Below are positions 9,623-21,719 of a stretch of DNA of 64,000 bases, piece by piece (the stretch's first letter is position 1; each line of letters opens with the position of its first letter). Below the pieces are notes generated by a model. That model did no database searches and was not told the origin of the DNA. It saw nothing but the letters and a program-made list of their open reading frames with translations. Position numbers and translations under genes: made by a program. This stretch comes from Methanomicrobiales archaeon. GTDB taxonomy: Archaea; Halobacteriota; Methanomicrobia; Methanomicrobiales; Methanospirillaceae. The stretch lies in NCBI GenBank assembly GCA_037137755.1, contig JBAXJR010000006.1, positions 19,653-83,652 of the forward strand, in the 5' to 3' direction.

Positions 9623-11011
9623 ATGGTAAGAATTATTCTCACGGGGTTCCGGGGGACAGGTAAGACAAGGGTGGGGGAACTCCTTGCCCATATGCTCAAT
9701 GTTCCGTTTCTTGATACTGATACCCTGATCGAGAAACGTGTAGGAATGACAATATATGAGATATTCCAGAAGTACGGGGAGGAATATTTCCGGAAGAAGG
9801 AATGTGAAACCATCGCCTCTCTTGTTCTGACCGATTCTGTGGTCAGTACTGGCGGAGGGGCAATAATGGACCCGTCAAACGTGGCCGCCCTCAGGCAGGG
9901 AAGCACGATATTCCTTCTCACAGCTGATGACCGTACCATTGAACAGAGGATCGCGCGCACGGAACGTCCTGCCCTGACCCGGCTTCCACTCAGGGAAGAA
10001 ATCCATGAGCTCCAGGCAATCAGGAGGCCTTCTTACATCGCAGCAGCAGACTTTTGCATCAATACAACGCGTAAAAATGCAAATGAGACAGCACTGGTCA
10101 TACGGCATATCCTGGCAGAGGGGACCACCACCGGCAAGGATGCTGCCGGGTTCCTGTCATTTGTTCGGAAAACAGAAATTTCCCGGGATGAAACTGAGGC
10201 GCTTGAAAGCGCTCTTATCTCTCCCGGCCACGACCCCCTCACGCGGGTCTATGCAGTTGCGGGAAACCCCTGCAACCATAGTCTGTCCCCTGTCCTGTTC
10301 AACCGGCTGTTCTCCCAATATCGCATGAATTGCCATTACACAAGGTTATGCTGGCCGGATTTCGGGGAAATCATCCGGGAGGCAAAAAAAACCGACATCA
10401 GGGGTCTATCCGTTACCATCCCCTATAAAACCGAAGCCCTGGTCAGTCTCGATGAAGCTGATGAGCACGTAAAAGCAATCGGGGCGGTAAACACTCTCGT
10501 TATGTGCGAAGACACTACCTTTGGGTTTAATACTGACTGGATCGGAATTCGTGACCCGTTAAGTCACATGGCAGGGTCACGGGCAGCCGTGATTGGGGCA
10601 GGGGGAGCCGCCGCTGCAGCTGTATATGCATTACAATCCCTCGACATGGATGTTACGATCCTTGCCCGGACACCTGCGAAAGCAAATGAACTATCAGAAA
10701 GGTTTTCCGTCCCGGTCAAACCTTTGTCGGGATTTTCAGAAGTGGATCCTGATGTTGTCATCAACGCAACCCCCGTAGGGATGGGGGATGACTCGCGTTC
10801 ACCCGTCAACGTGTCCCTGCTGAAACGAGGTATGACCGTTTATGATCTCGTCTATACCCCGGCAGACACCCCTCTCCTCGTAGCAGCCCGCAAAGCAGGT
10901 TGTATAACAATACCCGGGACAGAAATGTTTGTGCGCCAGGCCTGTGCCCAGTTCCGCTGTTTCACCGGTATTGAGGTGCTCCCAGCGGTGGTCCGGGGGT
11001 ATGTTATATGA
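9623..11011 (+). CDS. aroK-aroE: Bifunctional shikimate kinase / shikimate dehydrogenase
   Basis: N-terminal P-loop GFRGTGKT, DTD and STGGGA (AroK type). C-terminal HSLSP, SVTIPYK, GAVNT, NTDWIG, GAGGAA, NATPVGM and DLVYTP (AroE). Confidence 0.92.
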   Translation: MVRIILTGFRGTGKTRVGELLAHMLNVPFLDTDTLIEKRVGMTIYEIFQKYGEEYFRKKECETIASLVLTDSVVSTGGGAIMDPSNVAALRQGSTIFLLTADDRTIEQRIARTERPALTRLPLREEIHELQAIRRPSYIAAADFCINTTRKNANETALVIRHILAEGTTTGKDAAGFLSFVRKTEISRDETEALESALISPGHDPLTRVYAVAGNPCNHSLSPVLFNRLFSQYRMNCHYTRLCWPDFGEIIREAKKTDIRGLSVTIPYKTEALVSLDEADEHVKAIGAVNTLVMCEDTTFGFNTDWIGIRDPLSHMAGSRAAVIGAGGAAAAAVYALQSLDMDVTILARTPAKANELSERFSVPVKPLSGFSEVDPDVVINATPVGMGDDSRSPVNVSLLKRGMTVYDLVYTPADTPLLVAARKAGCITIPGTEMFVRQACAQFRCFTGIEVLPAVVRGYVI

Positions 11012-11072
11012 ACCGGGTAACTGGATTTTCTTCCTCTGCAGGGTGTATCGGCCCGGGTAAGAGGTGTTTTAG

Positions 11073-12092
11073 GTGAACACATTTGGTAATAATTTCCGCT
11101 GCACTACGTTCGGCGAAAGCCATGGGAAAGCGCTTGGTGTTATAATCGATGGATGTCCGCCAGGGATCCCGCTGGCCGAATCAGATATCCAGCCACTCCT
11201 TGACAGGCGACGTCCCGGCCAGTCTGACCTGACAACGCAGAGAAAGGAGGAGGACCGCGTCGAGATACTTTCCGGGTTATTCGAGGGAAAGACTACCGGC
11301 ACACCGATTGCCCTTGTCATCCGGAACAAGGATATGAAAAATGAAGACTATCTTCACCTGAAAGATGTGTTCAGGCCCGGGCATGCAGATTTTACCTACC
11401 AGGTAAAATATGGCATCCGGGATTTCAGGGGCGGTGGACGGAGTTCCGGGAGAGAGACAATTTCCCGCGTGGCGGCGGGTGCCGTCGCAATGAAATTGCT
11501 TGGATATGCCGGGGTATCTATAACAGGGCGGGTCATTGAAGTCCATGGAAAAAATATTCCTGCTGAAATGGAAGCAGAGATCAGGGCTGCCAGGGACTCA
11601 GGAAATTCCGTTGGGGGAATTGTCGAGGTCGTTGCCAAAGGTACACCTCCGGGTATCGGGGACCCGGTATCAGGGAAACTTGATGCTGCAATTGCCCATG
11701 CCATGATGGGTATCGGATCAGTGAAAGGTGTTGAGATTGGTGAAGGGTTCCGTGCAGCTGGGTTGTTAGGGAGTGAAAATAACGATGAAATGACCACTGA
11801 AGGGTTTTCAACCAACCATGCAGGTGGTATTCTTGGTGGTATCAGCACGGGGGCAGATATTATCGTCCGCATCGCTGTAAAACCGACACCGTCAATTTCC
11901 AGGGAACAAAAGACAGTAACGGTAACCGGCACGCCTGCAACGATTTCGGTTCAGGGGAGGCACGATCCCTGTATAGCGCCACGGATTGTCCCGGTTGCAG
12001 AGGCGATGATCGCGCTGGTGCTTGTAGACTGCCTCCTTGAACAGCTGAAGTATTCAGGATTCCAGGCCTTCATGAAGAATAACCATGCCTGA
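11073..12092 (+). CDS. aroC: Chorismate synthase
   Basis: [38 protein letters not shown] and GRHDPC. Confidence 0.96.
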   Translation: MNTFGNNFRCTTFGESHGKALGVIIDGCPPGIPLAESDIQPLLDRRRPGQSDLTTQRKEEDRVEILSGLFEGKTTGTPIALVIRNKDMKNEDYLHLKDVFRPGHADFTYQVKYGIRDFRGGGRSSGRETISRVAAGAVAMKLLGYAGVSITGRVIEVHGKNIPAEMEAEIRAARDSGNSVGGIVEVVAKGTPPGIGDPVSGKLDAAIAHAMMGIGSVKGVEIGEGFRAAGLLGSENNDEMTTEGFSTNHAGGILGGISTGADIIVRIAVKPTPSISREQKTVTVTGTPATISVQGRHDPCIAPRIVPVAEAMIALVLVDCLLEQLKYSGFQAFMKNNHA

Positions 12093-12179
12093 TTATCCTT
12101 CTTTTTGGTTAATCCAGAAATGGAAATTCATCGAAAACTGGACTGGGATGGCAGAATGTGCCATTCCTGCGTGTTTTAT

Positions 12180-12845
12180 TTATGGCATAGGTTGATGATT
12201 TACCGTCCCGTTTACAGTTAGAAGACGGGCATAAATTTCCCGAAGGTCGCTGATATGATACTGGCCCGCTGCTGTAGGTTCACCTGCATGCGCGAATATC
12301 CAATCTGAACCAAATAGAGGGAGAACAGGGCGCATATGCCGGAACTGTTCGCCCATGATGCTCGTGATAACAGGTTTTGTTGCATGGAGCGTGAAAGAAA
12401 GGAATATGATCATATCATGTTCATCCGATGGTGTAACGACAATTTTTGGGATGTCTCCGTATTCGCGAAGTGCGTCATCAACTGCAGCCAGTTCCTGGAT
12501 TGACGGCATACTTTTCATGTGATATGAGGCGATGATGCCAATCCCCTGCTCTCTGACAGACCGGGCATGAGTGGAGAACTGTTGTTCAATATCTATATAG
12601 GACGCATAGGGGAGAAGCGGCGCTATCATTTCGATCCAGCGGTCACAAGAGCCGAAAAATGACCCTCCTTCCTGTTCACTCCGAAGAGTCAGGATTAATG
12701 GAATTTCTGTCTTCGTATACCATTCCTGGACGGTTCCGGGGATGTCCCCTTGCAACAGGTCAAGACGTACTTCAATCAGGTCTGGATTATACTGGAGCAG
12801 ATTAGTCTCCCCAGGTCGCTTACCGGTTGATACAACAATTTTCAT
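12180..12845 (-). CDS. aroD: Type I 3-dehydroquinate dehydratase
   Basis: IEVRLDLL, LTLRSEQEGG, YIDIE, SYH, DIPKIV and AAGQ motifs; adjacent to the aro cluster. Confidence 0.88.
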   Translation of the reverse strand: MKIVVSTGKRPGETNLLQYNPDLIEVRLDLLQGDIPGTVQEWYTKTEIPLILTLRSEQEGGSFFGSCDRWIEMIAPLLPYASYIDIEQQFSTHARSVREQGIGIIASYHMKSMPSIQELAAVDDALREYGDIPKIVVTPSDEHDMIIFLSFTLHATKPVITSIMGEQFRHMRPVLPLFGSDWIFAHAGEPTAAGQYHISDLREIYARLLTVNGTVNHQPMP

Positions 12846-12903
12846 CGTCCGGGTACCTCCCGATAACATATTCCCCCGAAGTTCTTATATCTTAATAGCC
12901 AGC

Positions 12904-13443
12904 ATGACCGGACCGGGCGCTTCTACAGGGATCCTATTCAGGGACTGCGTTATAGCGCTGTTCATCGGAGGGATAGCGCCGTTTATTGCCGGATTTTTCT
13001 TCACGGTCCCACCAGGGGCAGTCCTGGCCCTGATGTCTGCGACGTTGATACTTGAGTATGGGGCCGTGTTCATCGGTACTGCGCTTGGGATGGATAATGC
13101 CATTACATTTATCATTGTTTCACTGGTAGCTACCGGAATGATCTTCTTCCAGTTATCGTTATTTGACCATGTAGGAAAAAGTTCTCCACGGGTGGCGCGG
13201 TTTCTTGAACGGGTACGCAGCAAATACGGGTCATCACCGGTTATTAAAAAATACGGTGTCTTTGCCCTTGTCCCCGGGATGCTGGTTGTCGGGTTTTATG
13301 CCTGCCCTGCAGTAACCTGGCTTCTAGGATGGGAGCGAAAGATCGCATTCAGTGTAATGGTGGGGACATTCTGTGCAGCTTCAGCGTTCCTGCTCCCGGT
13401 AAGTGAAGGATTCATTCACTGGATAGCAGGACTTGCCAGTTGA
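12904..13443 (+). CDS. Membrane protein, small multidrug export-like family
   Basis: Several hydrophobic helices and a KKYGVFALVP motif. Start placed at ATG 12904 to avoid overlap with aroD. Confidence 0.65.
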   Translation: MTGPGASTGILFRDCVIALFIGGIAPFIAGFFFTVPPGAVLALMSATLILEYGAVFIGTALGMDNAITFIIVSLVATGMIFFQLSLFDHVGKSSPRVARFLERVRSKYGSSPVIKKYGVFALVPGMLVVGFYACPAVTWLLGWERKIAFSVMVGTFCAASAFLLPVSEGFIHWIAGLAS

Positions 13444-13595
13444 TCTCTATCGTAACAGGTGAGGGGTACCACATGAAAAAACAGCATTAAGAACACGGTT
13501 TACCTAATTCTTATCTCAGGTGCACAATGTTCTCGGAGACCGGATGCTATGTTATTACCTGATTCACCAGGGTTGAAGGGGCCGGGGTTTGGCAG

Positions 13596-16211
13596 ATGAA
13601 GGTCCCGGAACTCCTGGCTCCCGCAGGGTCGCCAGAATCACTCGTAGCCGCAATCGATGCAGGTGCTGACGCTGTATATCTTGGCGGGAACCGTTTCAGT
13701 GCCAGGAATTATGCCGAAAATTTTAACCCTGCAACAATTGCAGATGCGGTCCGGTATGCACATCTACGCGGTGTTAAGGTCTATGTCACGGTCAATACGC
13801 TGGTCCATGACTCCGAACTTACCGATACGGCTGCATTTATATTGTCTTTGTATCAGGCAGGCATCGATGCCATTCTTGTACAGGACACCGGGGTCGCTTC
13901 AGTTGCCCGGGAGGTAGCTCCCGGACTTCCTCTGCATGCCTCAACACAAATGACTATCCATAACCGTGAGGGGGTGTCATGGGCACGGGAACAGGGTTTT
14001 TCAAGGGTAGTACTTGCGAGAGAACTTTCCCTGGAAGAGATTTCAGAGATCGCATCAGCTCCTGAGTGCCAGGGGGTAGGACTTGAAATATTTGTTCACG
14101 GTGCCCTGTGTTATTCGTACTCAGGACAATGTCTCCTTTCATCAATGATTGGAGGTAGGAGTGGAAACCGGGGGATGTGTGCGCAGCCCTGCCGGAAACC
14201 TTATGCCTGTGTAAGCGGGCCTAAAGACCTGTATGGACGGCCGGGTAATCTCTCTAAAACCCGGTGGGAAGAGGAGTACCTCATGTCCACAAAAGATCTC
14301 TGCAGTTACCGGGACCTCGAATCCATTGTCCGCGCTCCTGTTGAGAGCTTGAAGATCGAGGGCCGGATGAGGTCCCCCCGCTATGTGTCAACCGTGGTCT
14401 CTGTCTACCGTAAGGCGATTGATGCCATCGCGATGGAGGACTGGAGTCCCCGGGATGATGATGTGGAGAAACTTGCGCTTGCCTTCAACAGGGGTTTTAC
14501 CCGGGGGTACCTCAAAAATGCATGTCACCGTGAGATAATGGGCAGGGACCGCCCCGATCACAGGGGTATTCCGGTAGGAACAGTCATATCGTATAATTCC
14601 CGGGTACATCAGGCCCTGATCAGGCTTTCCGGGGCTACATTACCTTTTAAAGGGGATGGGGTAGTGTTCCAGGACCCCCGGAACGGTAAGGAAACCGGCA
14701 TGATCCTGTATGGAACGCCAGTAAAAGATGCGGATACTCTGCAGGTCCCGGTTTCAACTGCAGTAATCCCCGGGGATATCCTCTATCTTACCCGGCGAAG
14801 GGACCCCGGAACGGCAGGAAAAAAATATAAAACAGAATATCAAGGGAAGCAATTCCAGGTTCCCATTGATCTCATCATTACCTGGGATGAAGAACGACGC
14901 CCCGTGATTAACGCATTAATGTCTGGAAAAAATGGAATTCCGGTCAGGTACAGCCATATCGGCGAGCCAATGCAAATTGCAGAAACAGCACCTCTTACCA
15001 TAAGCCAGATTGCCCAGCAGGTCCGCAGGACAGGTGGTACACCATTCGTTGTCCGTGAACTGGTTCTTGATTATCCCGGTGGACTCTACGCACCTGTATC
15101 CATTCTGAACCAGCTCAGAAGAGATCTCCTTCTGGGAGCCGAATCGGCAATTGCTTCTTCATGGATGCCTGGTCCCACCGATATATCCTGTGCAATGGAG
15201 AAGGTTGAATCGTTAATCATGTCCCTGTCGGTAAGAACCACTTCCTCCCAAGGCCTGTCTTCCGGGCCCATGAAGATGTCTGTATATGCAAATTCGGCGG
15301 AAGTAGCAACTGCAGCCCTGGATGCAGGATGTGACCGTATATATTTTGAACCGGAGACTGGTTCGAAAGCCTGCCGGTGTCGTGATATGGATATCGGTTC
15401 GCCGGGACAGGATCCGTTTCCGGAAATTTCCGGCCAGATCAGGGATTTATTAGTCCTTCTCACAGAAAGTAGCCGGCAAATATTCTGGAAATGGCCGTCA
15501 ATCCCTGAAAGGGATTATATCGACGCGTCAGTTACGGTCCTTCCTGAACTAGTTGAAATGGGAATCGGCGGTATCATGGTGGACAGCGCCGGTCTTGCTA
15601 AGGCGGTCCGTCGCTTATTTCCTGCCCTGAAGATCTGTGGTGGGGCTGGTCTGAATATTTTCAACCATGTTTCAGCCGCATCAGTACCTGGATTTTTTAG
15701 CCTGACCCTGTCTCCTGAGCTATCCAGTGATGATATATCTGCACTGACTACGTGGCATTACCACGGTGGAACCCCCGCGTTTGAAGTTATCGTCCAGGGT
15801 AATCTTGAAGTCCTCAATAGCAGGGACTGCATTCCTGCCGGCATGCCACATGGGAAGGGCGACTGCGGTGGGTTGGATGAAAGTCGTTTCTCCGGTCTGC
15901 AGGATGGAACCGGGAGGACTTTTCCATTCAATGTTGATCCCTGGTGTCATACCCACATCAGGAACTCAAGCGAAACATGCCTGATAGACAGTATCCCGGG
16001 ACTAATTGATGCAGGCGTTTCATCGGTTGCCATCGATGCACGCCATAAGACACCTGCCTATGTGAAAGAAATGGTATCGCTGTACAGGGAAGCAATCCGG
16101 CGTTCTCTGAAGTCCTCAAGCCAGGAACAATTTACCGACCTGCTTACTGCGGTGAAAAAGATCTCGCTCGGGGGTATCACATCCGCCTCCTTCCGTGGAA
16201 ATCTTCTCTGA
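13596..16211 (+). CDS. U32 peptidase family protein (RlhA-like RNA hydroxylation / Fe-S protein)
   Basis: PELLAPAGS, GADAVYLGG, LHASTQM, FVHGALCYSYSGQC, RSGNRGMCAQPCR and SLKIEGRMR; long DUF3656-type C-terminus. Confidence 0.92.
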   Translation: MKVPELLAPAGSPESLVAAIDAGADAVYLGGNRFSARNYAENFNPATIADAVRYAHLRGVKVYVTVNTLVHDSELTDTAAFILSLYQAGIDAILVQDTGVASVAREVAPGLPLHASTQMTIHNREGVSWAREQGFSRVVLARELSLEEISEIASAPECQGVGLEIFVHGALCYSYSGQCLLSSMIGGRSGNRGMCAQPCRKPYACVSGPKDLYGRPGNLSKTRWEEEYLMSTKDLCSYRDLESIVRAPVESLKIEGRMRSPRYVSTVVSVYRKAIDAIAMEDWSPRDDDVEKLALAFNRGFTRGYLKNACHREIMGRDRPDHRGIPVGTVISYNSRVHQALIRLSGATLPFKGDGVVFQDPRNGKETGMILYGTPVKDADTLQVPVSTAVIPGDILYLTRRRDPGTAGKKYKTEYQGKQFQVPIDLIITWDEERRPVINALMSGKNGIPVRYSHIGEPMQIAETAPLTISQIAQQVRRTGGTPFVVRELVLDYPGGLYAPVSILNQLRRDLLLGAESAIASSWMPGPTDISCAMEKVESLIMSLSVRTTSSQGLSSGPMKMSVYANSAEVATAALDAGCDRIYFEPETGSKACRCRDMDIGSPGQDPFPEISGQIRDLLVLLTESSRQIFWKWPSIPERDYIDASVTVLPELVEMGIGGIMVDSAGLAKAVRRLFPALKICGGAGLNIFNHVSAASVPGFFSLTLSPELSSDDISALTTWHYHGGTPAFEVIVQGNLEVLNSRDCIPAGMPHGKGDCGGLDESRFSGLQDGTGRTFPFNVDPWCHTHIRNSSETCLIDSIPGLIDAGVSSVAIDARHKTPAYVKEMVSLYREAIRRSLKSSSQEQFTDLLTAVKKISLGGITSASFRGNLL

Positions 16212-16267
16212 TATTTCCGAAGCGTGCAGTTCTTTATCGAATAATGCATATATGGGGGTGAGACAAC

Positions 16268-16936
16268 ATGGCAGCCCCATTCATCCTGATTAACTTAAAG
16301 ACATACCGGGAAAGTATCGGGCAGCATGCGCACCGGATTGCCTCTGTTGCGCAGGCTGTCAGCGCCGACAGCGGAATATCAATAGGTATCGCGCCCTCTT
16401 ATCTCGATATCCACCCAATATCGCGGCATTTTGAAATCCCTGTATTTGCCCAGCATGTTGATGGGATTGAACCAGGGGCCCACACCGGAACAATTACGGC
16501 AGAGGCACTGAAACAGGCAGGCGCGAAGGGTTCCCTGGTAAATCATTCAGAACGAAGACTCACCCTCGTCGATATTGATGCCGCGGTATCTGCCCTTCGT
16601 GCAGCGCACATGGTATCTGTTGTCTGTACAAATAACGAAGCGGCCAGCGCGGCCGCTGCAGCCCTTTCGCCTGATTATGTGGCAGTTGAACCACCTGAAT
16701 TAATCGGGAGTGGTGTATCGGTTGCGAAGGCAAACCCCGATATTATAAGAAAGACCGTGGAAGCCGTCCGGCTGGTAAATCCAAAGGTTATGGTATTAAC
16801 CGGGGCAGGGATACAGACAGGCGAGTGCGTCAGGACTGCTATCGATCTCGGAACTGACGGAGTCCTTCTTGCCTCAGGCGTGGTCAAGGCAAAAGATCCC
16901 GAAGCGGTCCTGCGTGACCTCGTTTCAAAAATCTGA
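16268..16936 (+). CDS. tpiA: Triosephosphate isomerase (archaeal type)
   Basis: [23 protein letters not shown] and GVLLASG. Confidence 0.96.
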   Translation: MAAPFILINLKTYRESIGQHAHRIASVAQAVSADSGISIGIAPSYLDIHPISRHFEIPVFAQHVDGIEPGAHTGTITAEALKQAGAKGSLVNHSERRLTLVDIDAAVSALRAAHMVSVVCTNNEAASAAAAALSPDYVAVEPPELIGSGVSVAKANPDIIRKTVEAVRLVNPKVMVLTGAGIQTGECVRTAIDLGTDGVLLASGVVKAKDPEAVLRDLVSKI

Positions 16937-17000
16937 TAACGTTACCTGAATGACGGTGATAATTTCACCCATTTTTCCGATTGATCCCCACCCTTCTTTC

Positions 17001-17561
17001 CTATGGGTGGACTATCAGGGAGATCAGGTCATGTTTCGTTATAACCCCCTGCACACGTCCGCCTTCGAGGACAAGCACTGCATGGTGGTGCTGCAGGATT
17101 GACACTACTGTTTCCACATCGGTATCCGGAGGGACCGTGGGAAACCCGGACTCCATGAAGTCGTTTGCCGAATAGATATGACTTTTATGGAGCCGCTGTT
17201 CTTCAATTGCATTTACAATAGCGGTTTCTGAAATACATCCGACAGGTACACCGTTTTCTATTACCGGTAACTGGGAGATATTGTTCTTGTCCATTATCTC
17301 GACAGCTGCGGTGATTGGGTCGAGTGGTTTCACCGCGAAAACTGGTGTATGCATTACATCTGACGCAGTTACACGGTGCCTGACCGCACTGTTCAGCACG
17401 TTAAGTATCCGGGTTAAGGTACTAACACGGGGGTCCACGCTTCCGGCTTCGATACGGGCGATCATCGACTGGCTGACTCCTGCTCTCCGGGCAAGTTCAG
17501 TCTGCCGCATCTGGAGCTCTTCCCTTCGTGACCTGATCTCTTCGGGAGTAGGAATATGCAT
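17001..17561 (-). CDS. HTH-CBS domain transcriptional regulator
   Basis: Xre HTH (QTELARRAGVSQSMIARIEAGSVDPR) followed by a CBS pair. Confidence 0.9.
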   Translation of the reverse strand: MHIPTPEEIRSRREELQMRQTELARRAGVSQSMIARIEAGSVDPRVSTLTRILNVLNSAVRHRVTASDVMHTPVFAVKPLDPITAAVEIMDKNNISQLPVIENGVPVGCISETAIVNAIEEQRLHKSHIYSANDFMESGFPTVPPDTDVETVVSILQHHHAVLVLEGGRVQGVITKHDLISLIVHP

Positions 17562-17620
17562 AATTATTACTGATAGTGATATTTCCTTAAATTATCTTCC
17601 CATATCACCGATAGAAGAAA

Positions 17621-17974
17621 TGAGTGGGAGGAGTAAGCCCCCTTCTGTTCATTGCGGCATTCAGCTACGCGCCTTACCTGGGCAGGCACTGAGCTACCCA
17701 TTTGCCCTGTTCCGGCTTGCACCCGCAGGGATTCACCGTTTCATCGTATCCTGTCCCTACGCTCTGCGAGTTATCTCGTGCGTGACGCACTTCTCGCACG
17801 GGGGGATTTTGAACCCCCTTTGCTCGGTCGCATCATTGCTAATGACAGGCCGTGCCGTTTCTGTGCCATTGCCGTGACTCTCGCCACCCATACTTGCATA
17901 TGGCTGCGTGCTCAGTCGGTGGGGGGACTTTCCTCAGCAGCATAAAGCCACCGTCGGCCGCACTCTCCCTCTCA
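17621..17974 (-). ncRNA. rnpB: Archaeal RNase P RNA
   Basis: The minus strand has the conserved GAGGAAAGTCC near the 5' end and GAACAGAAGGGGGCTTAC near the 3' end. The termini pair (TGAGAGGGAG / CTCCCACTCA, P1). Confidence 0.95.
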
Positions 17975-18008
17975 TATTATTATGGGGAGAGCGCATTATT
18001 TACTCTTA

Positions 18009-18575
18009 ATGGATATGCTAACCGCTGATGAAGGAGCGATGGCCATTAAAATGGCCCGGAATACAATAGAGGCCGCTGTTCGCGGCAGCCCGGTCCCTTC
18101 AACCCGTTTACCCCCGGTATTTTCTGAAAAGCGTGGGGTATTCGTTACAATTACCCGTTCTGGTGAATTAAGGGGCTGTATCGGGTATCCCTATCCGGTC
18201 CTCCCGCTCATGGAGGCGATACCATCCGCCGCGAAAGGGGCCGCCCTTGAAGACCCTCGTTTTCCCCCGGTGAACGTATCAGAACTGCAACAGATCCGGA
18301 TTGAAGTGACGGTGCTCACACCGCCCGAACCACTTGTCGTGGAACCCGGGCAGAGGCCAGGTGCCGTGATAATCGGGAAACACGGGTTAATTGCACGTGG
18401 TGCAGGGAGGAGCGGGCTCCTGTTGCCACAGGTCGCAACTGAATATTCGTGGAGTTGCGAAGAATTCCTGGCTCACACCTGCATGAAGGCCGGGTTACCT
18501 GCCAATTGCTGGAAACGATCAGAAACCGAAATCCTTACGTTTGAAGGGCAGATTTTTCACGAGCAGGTTTCCTAA
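18009..18575 (+). CDS. AMMECR1-domain protein (TIGR00296 family)
   Basis: [31 protein letters not shown] and CMKAGL. Confidence 0.93.
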   Translation: MDMLTADEGAMAIKMARNTIEAAVRGSPVPSTRLPPVFSEKRGVFVTITRSGELRGCIGYPYPVLPLMEAIPSAAKGAALEDPRFPPVNVSELQQIRIEVTVLTPPEPLVVEPGQRPGAVIIGKHGLIARGAGRSGLLLPQVATEYSWSCEEFLAHTCMKAGLPANCWKRSETEILTFEGQIFHEQVS

Positions 18576-20032
18576 TGGCAATCGAATTTGAAATACTTGA
18601 AGAGGATATTTTTGGCCGTATTGGGCGGTTGAAAGTCGGGGATAAAATACTGAAAACTCCTGCACTACTCCCTGTTGTAAATCCTCACCTGCCGTTGATA
18701 ACCCCCGCCGAGATGAAATCTCTTGGTGCAGGGGCCCTGATCACCAATGCCTACATTTTCTACCGTAGCAAGGAGTTCCGCGAGCCTGCCCTGGCACGGG
18801 GGCTCCACGATCTCCTCGGGTTTGACGGGATAATTATGACCGACTCGGGATCCTTCCAGCTCTCGGTATACGGGGATGTTGAGGTATCCAACTCCGATAC
18901 GCTCCTGTTCCAGCGATCCATAGGGAGCGATATCATCGTGCCCCTGGATATCCCAACGCACCCTGACACAAGCCGGGAACAGGCTGAAAAAGAACTGGAT
19001 ATTACCATGGAGCGGCTCCGTGAGGCCGGACAAATCCTCGGTCCTGGTGCCCCGCTGGCAGCCCCCATCCAGGGAGGGTCTTTTCCGGACCTCCGTGAAC
19101 AGGCCGGACGCATGGCAGGGGAGATGGGTTTCACCTTCACACCGATTGGAGCGGTGGTCCCGTTAATGGAATCGTACCGGTACGAGGACCTTGTCCGGGT
19201 TGTTATGGCTGCAAAAAAAGGTATTCCCTCATCAGCGTGTGTTCACCTGTTTGGTGCAGGACACCCGGTGATGTTTGCACTGGCTGTAGCAATGGGTTGT
19301 GACCTGTTTGATTCGGCGGCATACGCGTTATACGCGAAAGAGGGGCGTTACCTCACGACGCACGGGAGTAAAAAACTGGCGGAATTATCGGAATTACCCT
19401 GCAGTTGTGAAGTGTGCAGGAGCCATTCTGCTGATGAAATGCGGCAGTCACCTGAAAAAACCCGGCTTCTTGCACGGCATAACCTGATTGTGACGCTCAC
19501 GGAAATCTCCCGGATCCGCCAGGCCATTTCTGACGGTGTCCTCTGGGAACTCGTCGACGAACGCTGCCGGAGTCACCCCCGGCTCCTCCGAGGTTACCGG
19601 ATAATGCTTTCGTACGCCGGAGAACTTGCTACAAGGGACCGGATCTCAAAACGCCGCTTTTTCTACCGTGGTGACGAAAGTTGCCAGCGGACTGAGGTCC
19701 TGCGGTACCAGAAGATGATTTCAAGGTTTTCTGTCGGTCCGCGGGTCCTTGTTACATTTGACCGTATCCCCCCGGCGGGAGTGCCGGAATATGATACGGT
19801 CCTCCTGTTCAGGCCCCCGTTTGGCCCGTATCCTGTTGAATTAAAGGAAACATTTCCAATCGGGCAGTGCGAACTTCCGGAATGGGACGAACAGATGGTC
19901 GTGAACGGGTGCAGGGGGATAAAAGCATTAATCGATGCGAATCCAGGCACCGATGTTACCGTCCGTTGTGGCCAGGAATGGGTAGGCAATGTTGGCAGGG
20001 AATTACCGGAGGTTCAGATTGAGCAGCGTTGA
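18575..20032 (+). CDS. tgtA: tRNA-guanine(15) transglycosylase
   Basis: [34 protein letters not shown] and CSCEVC Zn motif. Confidence 0.95.
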   Translation: MAIEFEILEEDIFGRIGRLKVGDKILKTPALLPVVNPHLPLITPAEMKSLGAGALITNAYIFYRSKEFREPALARGLHDLLGFDGIIMTDSGSFQLSVYGDVEVSNSDTLLFQRSIGSDIIVPLDIPTHPDTSREQAEKELDITMERLREAGQILGPGAPLAAPIQGGSFPDLREQAGRMAGEMGFTFTPIGAVVPLMESYRYEDLVRVVMAAKKGIPSSACVHLFGAGHPVMFALAVAMGCDLFDSAAYALYAKEGRYLTTHGSKKLAELSELPCSCEVCRSHSADEMRQSPEKTRLLARHNLIVTLTEISRIRQAISDGVLWELVDERCRSHPRLLRGYRIMLSYAGELATRDRISKRRFFYRGDESCQRTEVLRYQKMISRFSVGPRVLVTFDRIPPAGVPEYDTVLLFRPPFGPYPVELKETFPIGQCELPEWDEQMVVNGCRGIKALIDANPGTDVTVRCGQEWVGNVGRELPEVQIEQR

Positions 20033-21659
20033 AGTAAAACGAAGGGACGGACTGGCCAGGTCCGGCATCTATGTGTCCGAAGGTATGAGTATTGAATTCC
20101 CCGCCGCAGTTGATCCGGGAACGATATTTCCTGATCTTAACCATGCGGCATTATCAAACATTCCTCTTTCAGCCGGGGTGGAATTCGTAGGGAACAACTG
20201 GCCTGACGGAGCGCATAACCCGGTGATGATTCACCCTCACCATACAGCCGGGCCCGTTTCCGGGGATTGTGTCATGGTACCCGGGTGGCATACCGTTCTT
20301 AATAATCCGCGGAATTATGTGAACTGGCTTACCGCGATGAAAGCCGCGGTACCCCCTGATACCCTCTGGTACGCCCCAGCCGCTGCAGTCCCTTCGAATA
20401 TCCATATTCTCAGCTATTCCGGGTTAGACCTGTTTGATTTCATAGCATGCGACCTGGCAGCAGCGCGGGGTGTCTTCCTCCTTCCCGAAGGGGAGTTTGA
20501 CCTGAAATGGATGGAGGCCGGGGTATGTAATTGTGAAGGTTGCAGGTCAGCCAACCTGAAATTGCATAACCGCATTGCATTAGGAAAAGAACTTGCACTG
20601 GTGTCCCGATTTATCGGGGCGTCCCGTATAAGGGAACTTGTTGAGTCGAGGTGCAGGATGCATTCAGCCCATGTTGCCATCATGCGGCACCTCGATTCGA
20701 TGTACGACCTTATGGAGCAGGTCGTACCGGTTGCGCGAGATGTCCCATTCGGTGCGACAACGGGTGAAACCCTCAACCGTGTCGAGATCCGACGCTTCGC
20801 ACGACGCGTTGTCGATCGTTACAGGCCACCTCTGGCGGATACAGCGGTGCTGTTACCGTGTTCTGCGAGGAAACCCTATTCCCAGTCCCAGAGTCACAAC
20901 AAATTTACCCGTGCGATACAGGGGAGGGCCCACGAGTTGATCGTGACTTCCCCGGTAGGTCTTGTTCCGAGAGAGCTTGAACTTGTATATCCTGCCGCTC
21001 ACTACGACGTCCCGGTGACAGGGTACTGGGACCGGGAAGAGAAAGCCTTCATATCCGGAGTCATTGGGGAATACCTGCAGAAAAATTGCTACCGCCGTGT
21101 CATTGCCCACCTGGATGGCGGGGCCCTCGACGTTGCAAAATCGGGTGCAGAAATTGCAGGGATCGATCTTGAATATACCTGTCCCGGTCGGAGACCTACC
21201 GATACTGCCTCCCTGTTAGCCCTCGATACTGCACTTGAAGGGTGCCGCAGGATGAAGCAGGACCTCATCAAGGGAATTTGCTCCTGGCAGTTCGGCACTG
21301 TTCCGGACATCGCAGGGCTGGTGTTAAGGGGAAGGTACCCGGCGGTAAAGTATTCACGCAACCGTGTGCAGATGTTCTCGCTCGACACCGGAACGGGGTT
21401 GATAAGACCCACATTCGAAGGGTGGAAACTCCTTGGTGAAGGGTACAGGGTACAGATATCTGATTTTGTCCCACAGGGCGACATCCTCGCGCCAGGTATC
21501 GTGAGTGCTGATCCGGCTATCCGCGAAGGGGATGAGGTGCTTGTTGTCGGGCCCCGGGTTTTGGGCACTGGCAGGGCTGCGATGGGTGCCCGTGAGATGA
21601 CCCGCTCGAAACGTGGCGTTGCGGTACGGGTGCGTAAAATAAAGATGTGTTCCGACTAA
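20019..21659 (+). CDS. arcS: Archaeosine synthase subunit alpha (ArcS/TgtA2)
   Basis: [28 protein letters not shown] and [12 protein letters not shown] motifs; C-terminal PUA domain. Start (TTG 20019) is uncertain. Confidence 0.9.
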   Translation: MSSVEVKRRDGLARSGIYVSEGMSIEFPAAVDPGTIFPDLNHAALSNIPLSAGVEFVGNNWPDGAHNPVMIHPHHTAGPVSGDCVMVPGWHTVLNNPRNYVNWLTAMKAAVPPDTLWYAPAAAVPSNIHILSYSGLDLFDFIACDLAAARGVFLLPEGEFDLKWMEAGVCNCEGCRSANLKLHNRIALGKELALVSRFIGASRIRELVESRCRMHSAHVAIMRHLDSMYDLMEQVVPVARDVPFGATTGETLNRVEIRRFARRVVDRYRPPLADTAVLLPCSARKPYSQSQSHNKFTRAIQGRAHELIVTSPVGLVPRELELVYPAAHYDVPVTGYWDREEKAFISGVIGEYLQKNCYRRVIAHLDGGALDVAKSGAEIAGIDLEYTCPGRRPTDTASLLALDTALEGCRRMKQDLIKGICSWQFGTVPDIAGLVLRGRYPAVKYSRNRVQMFSLDTGTGLIRPTFEGWKLLGEGYRVQISDFVPQGDILAPGIVSADPAIREGDEVLVVGPRVLGTGRAAMGAREMTRSKRGVAVRVRKIKMCSD

Positions 21660-21719
21660 TAAGTACGATACTCGGAGACCGGGATGATTGTTCCGGCAGT
21701 ACCAGAAGGTGTAATATCG

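Noticed and set aside
17281-17945. ORFs 17281-17877 and 17652-17945
   Set aside because: They are antisense to the HTH-CBS gene and RNase P RNA.
18575-21659. tgtA-arcS (with RaSEA at 41990-42976) as a novel system
   Set aside because: This is the established archaeosine pathway.
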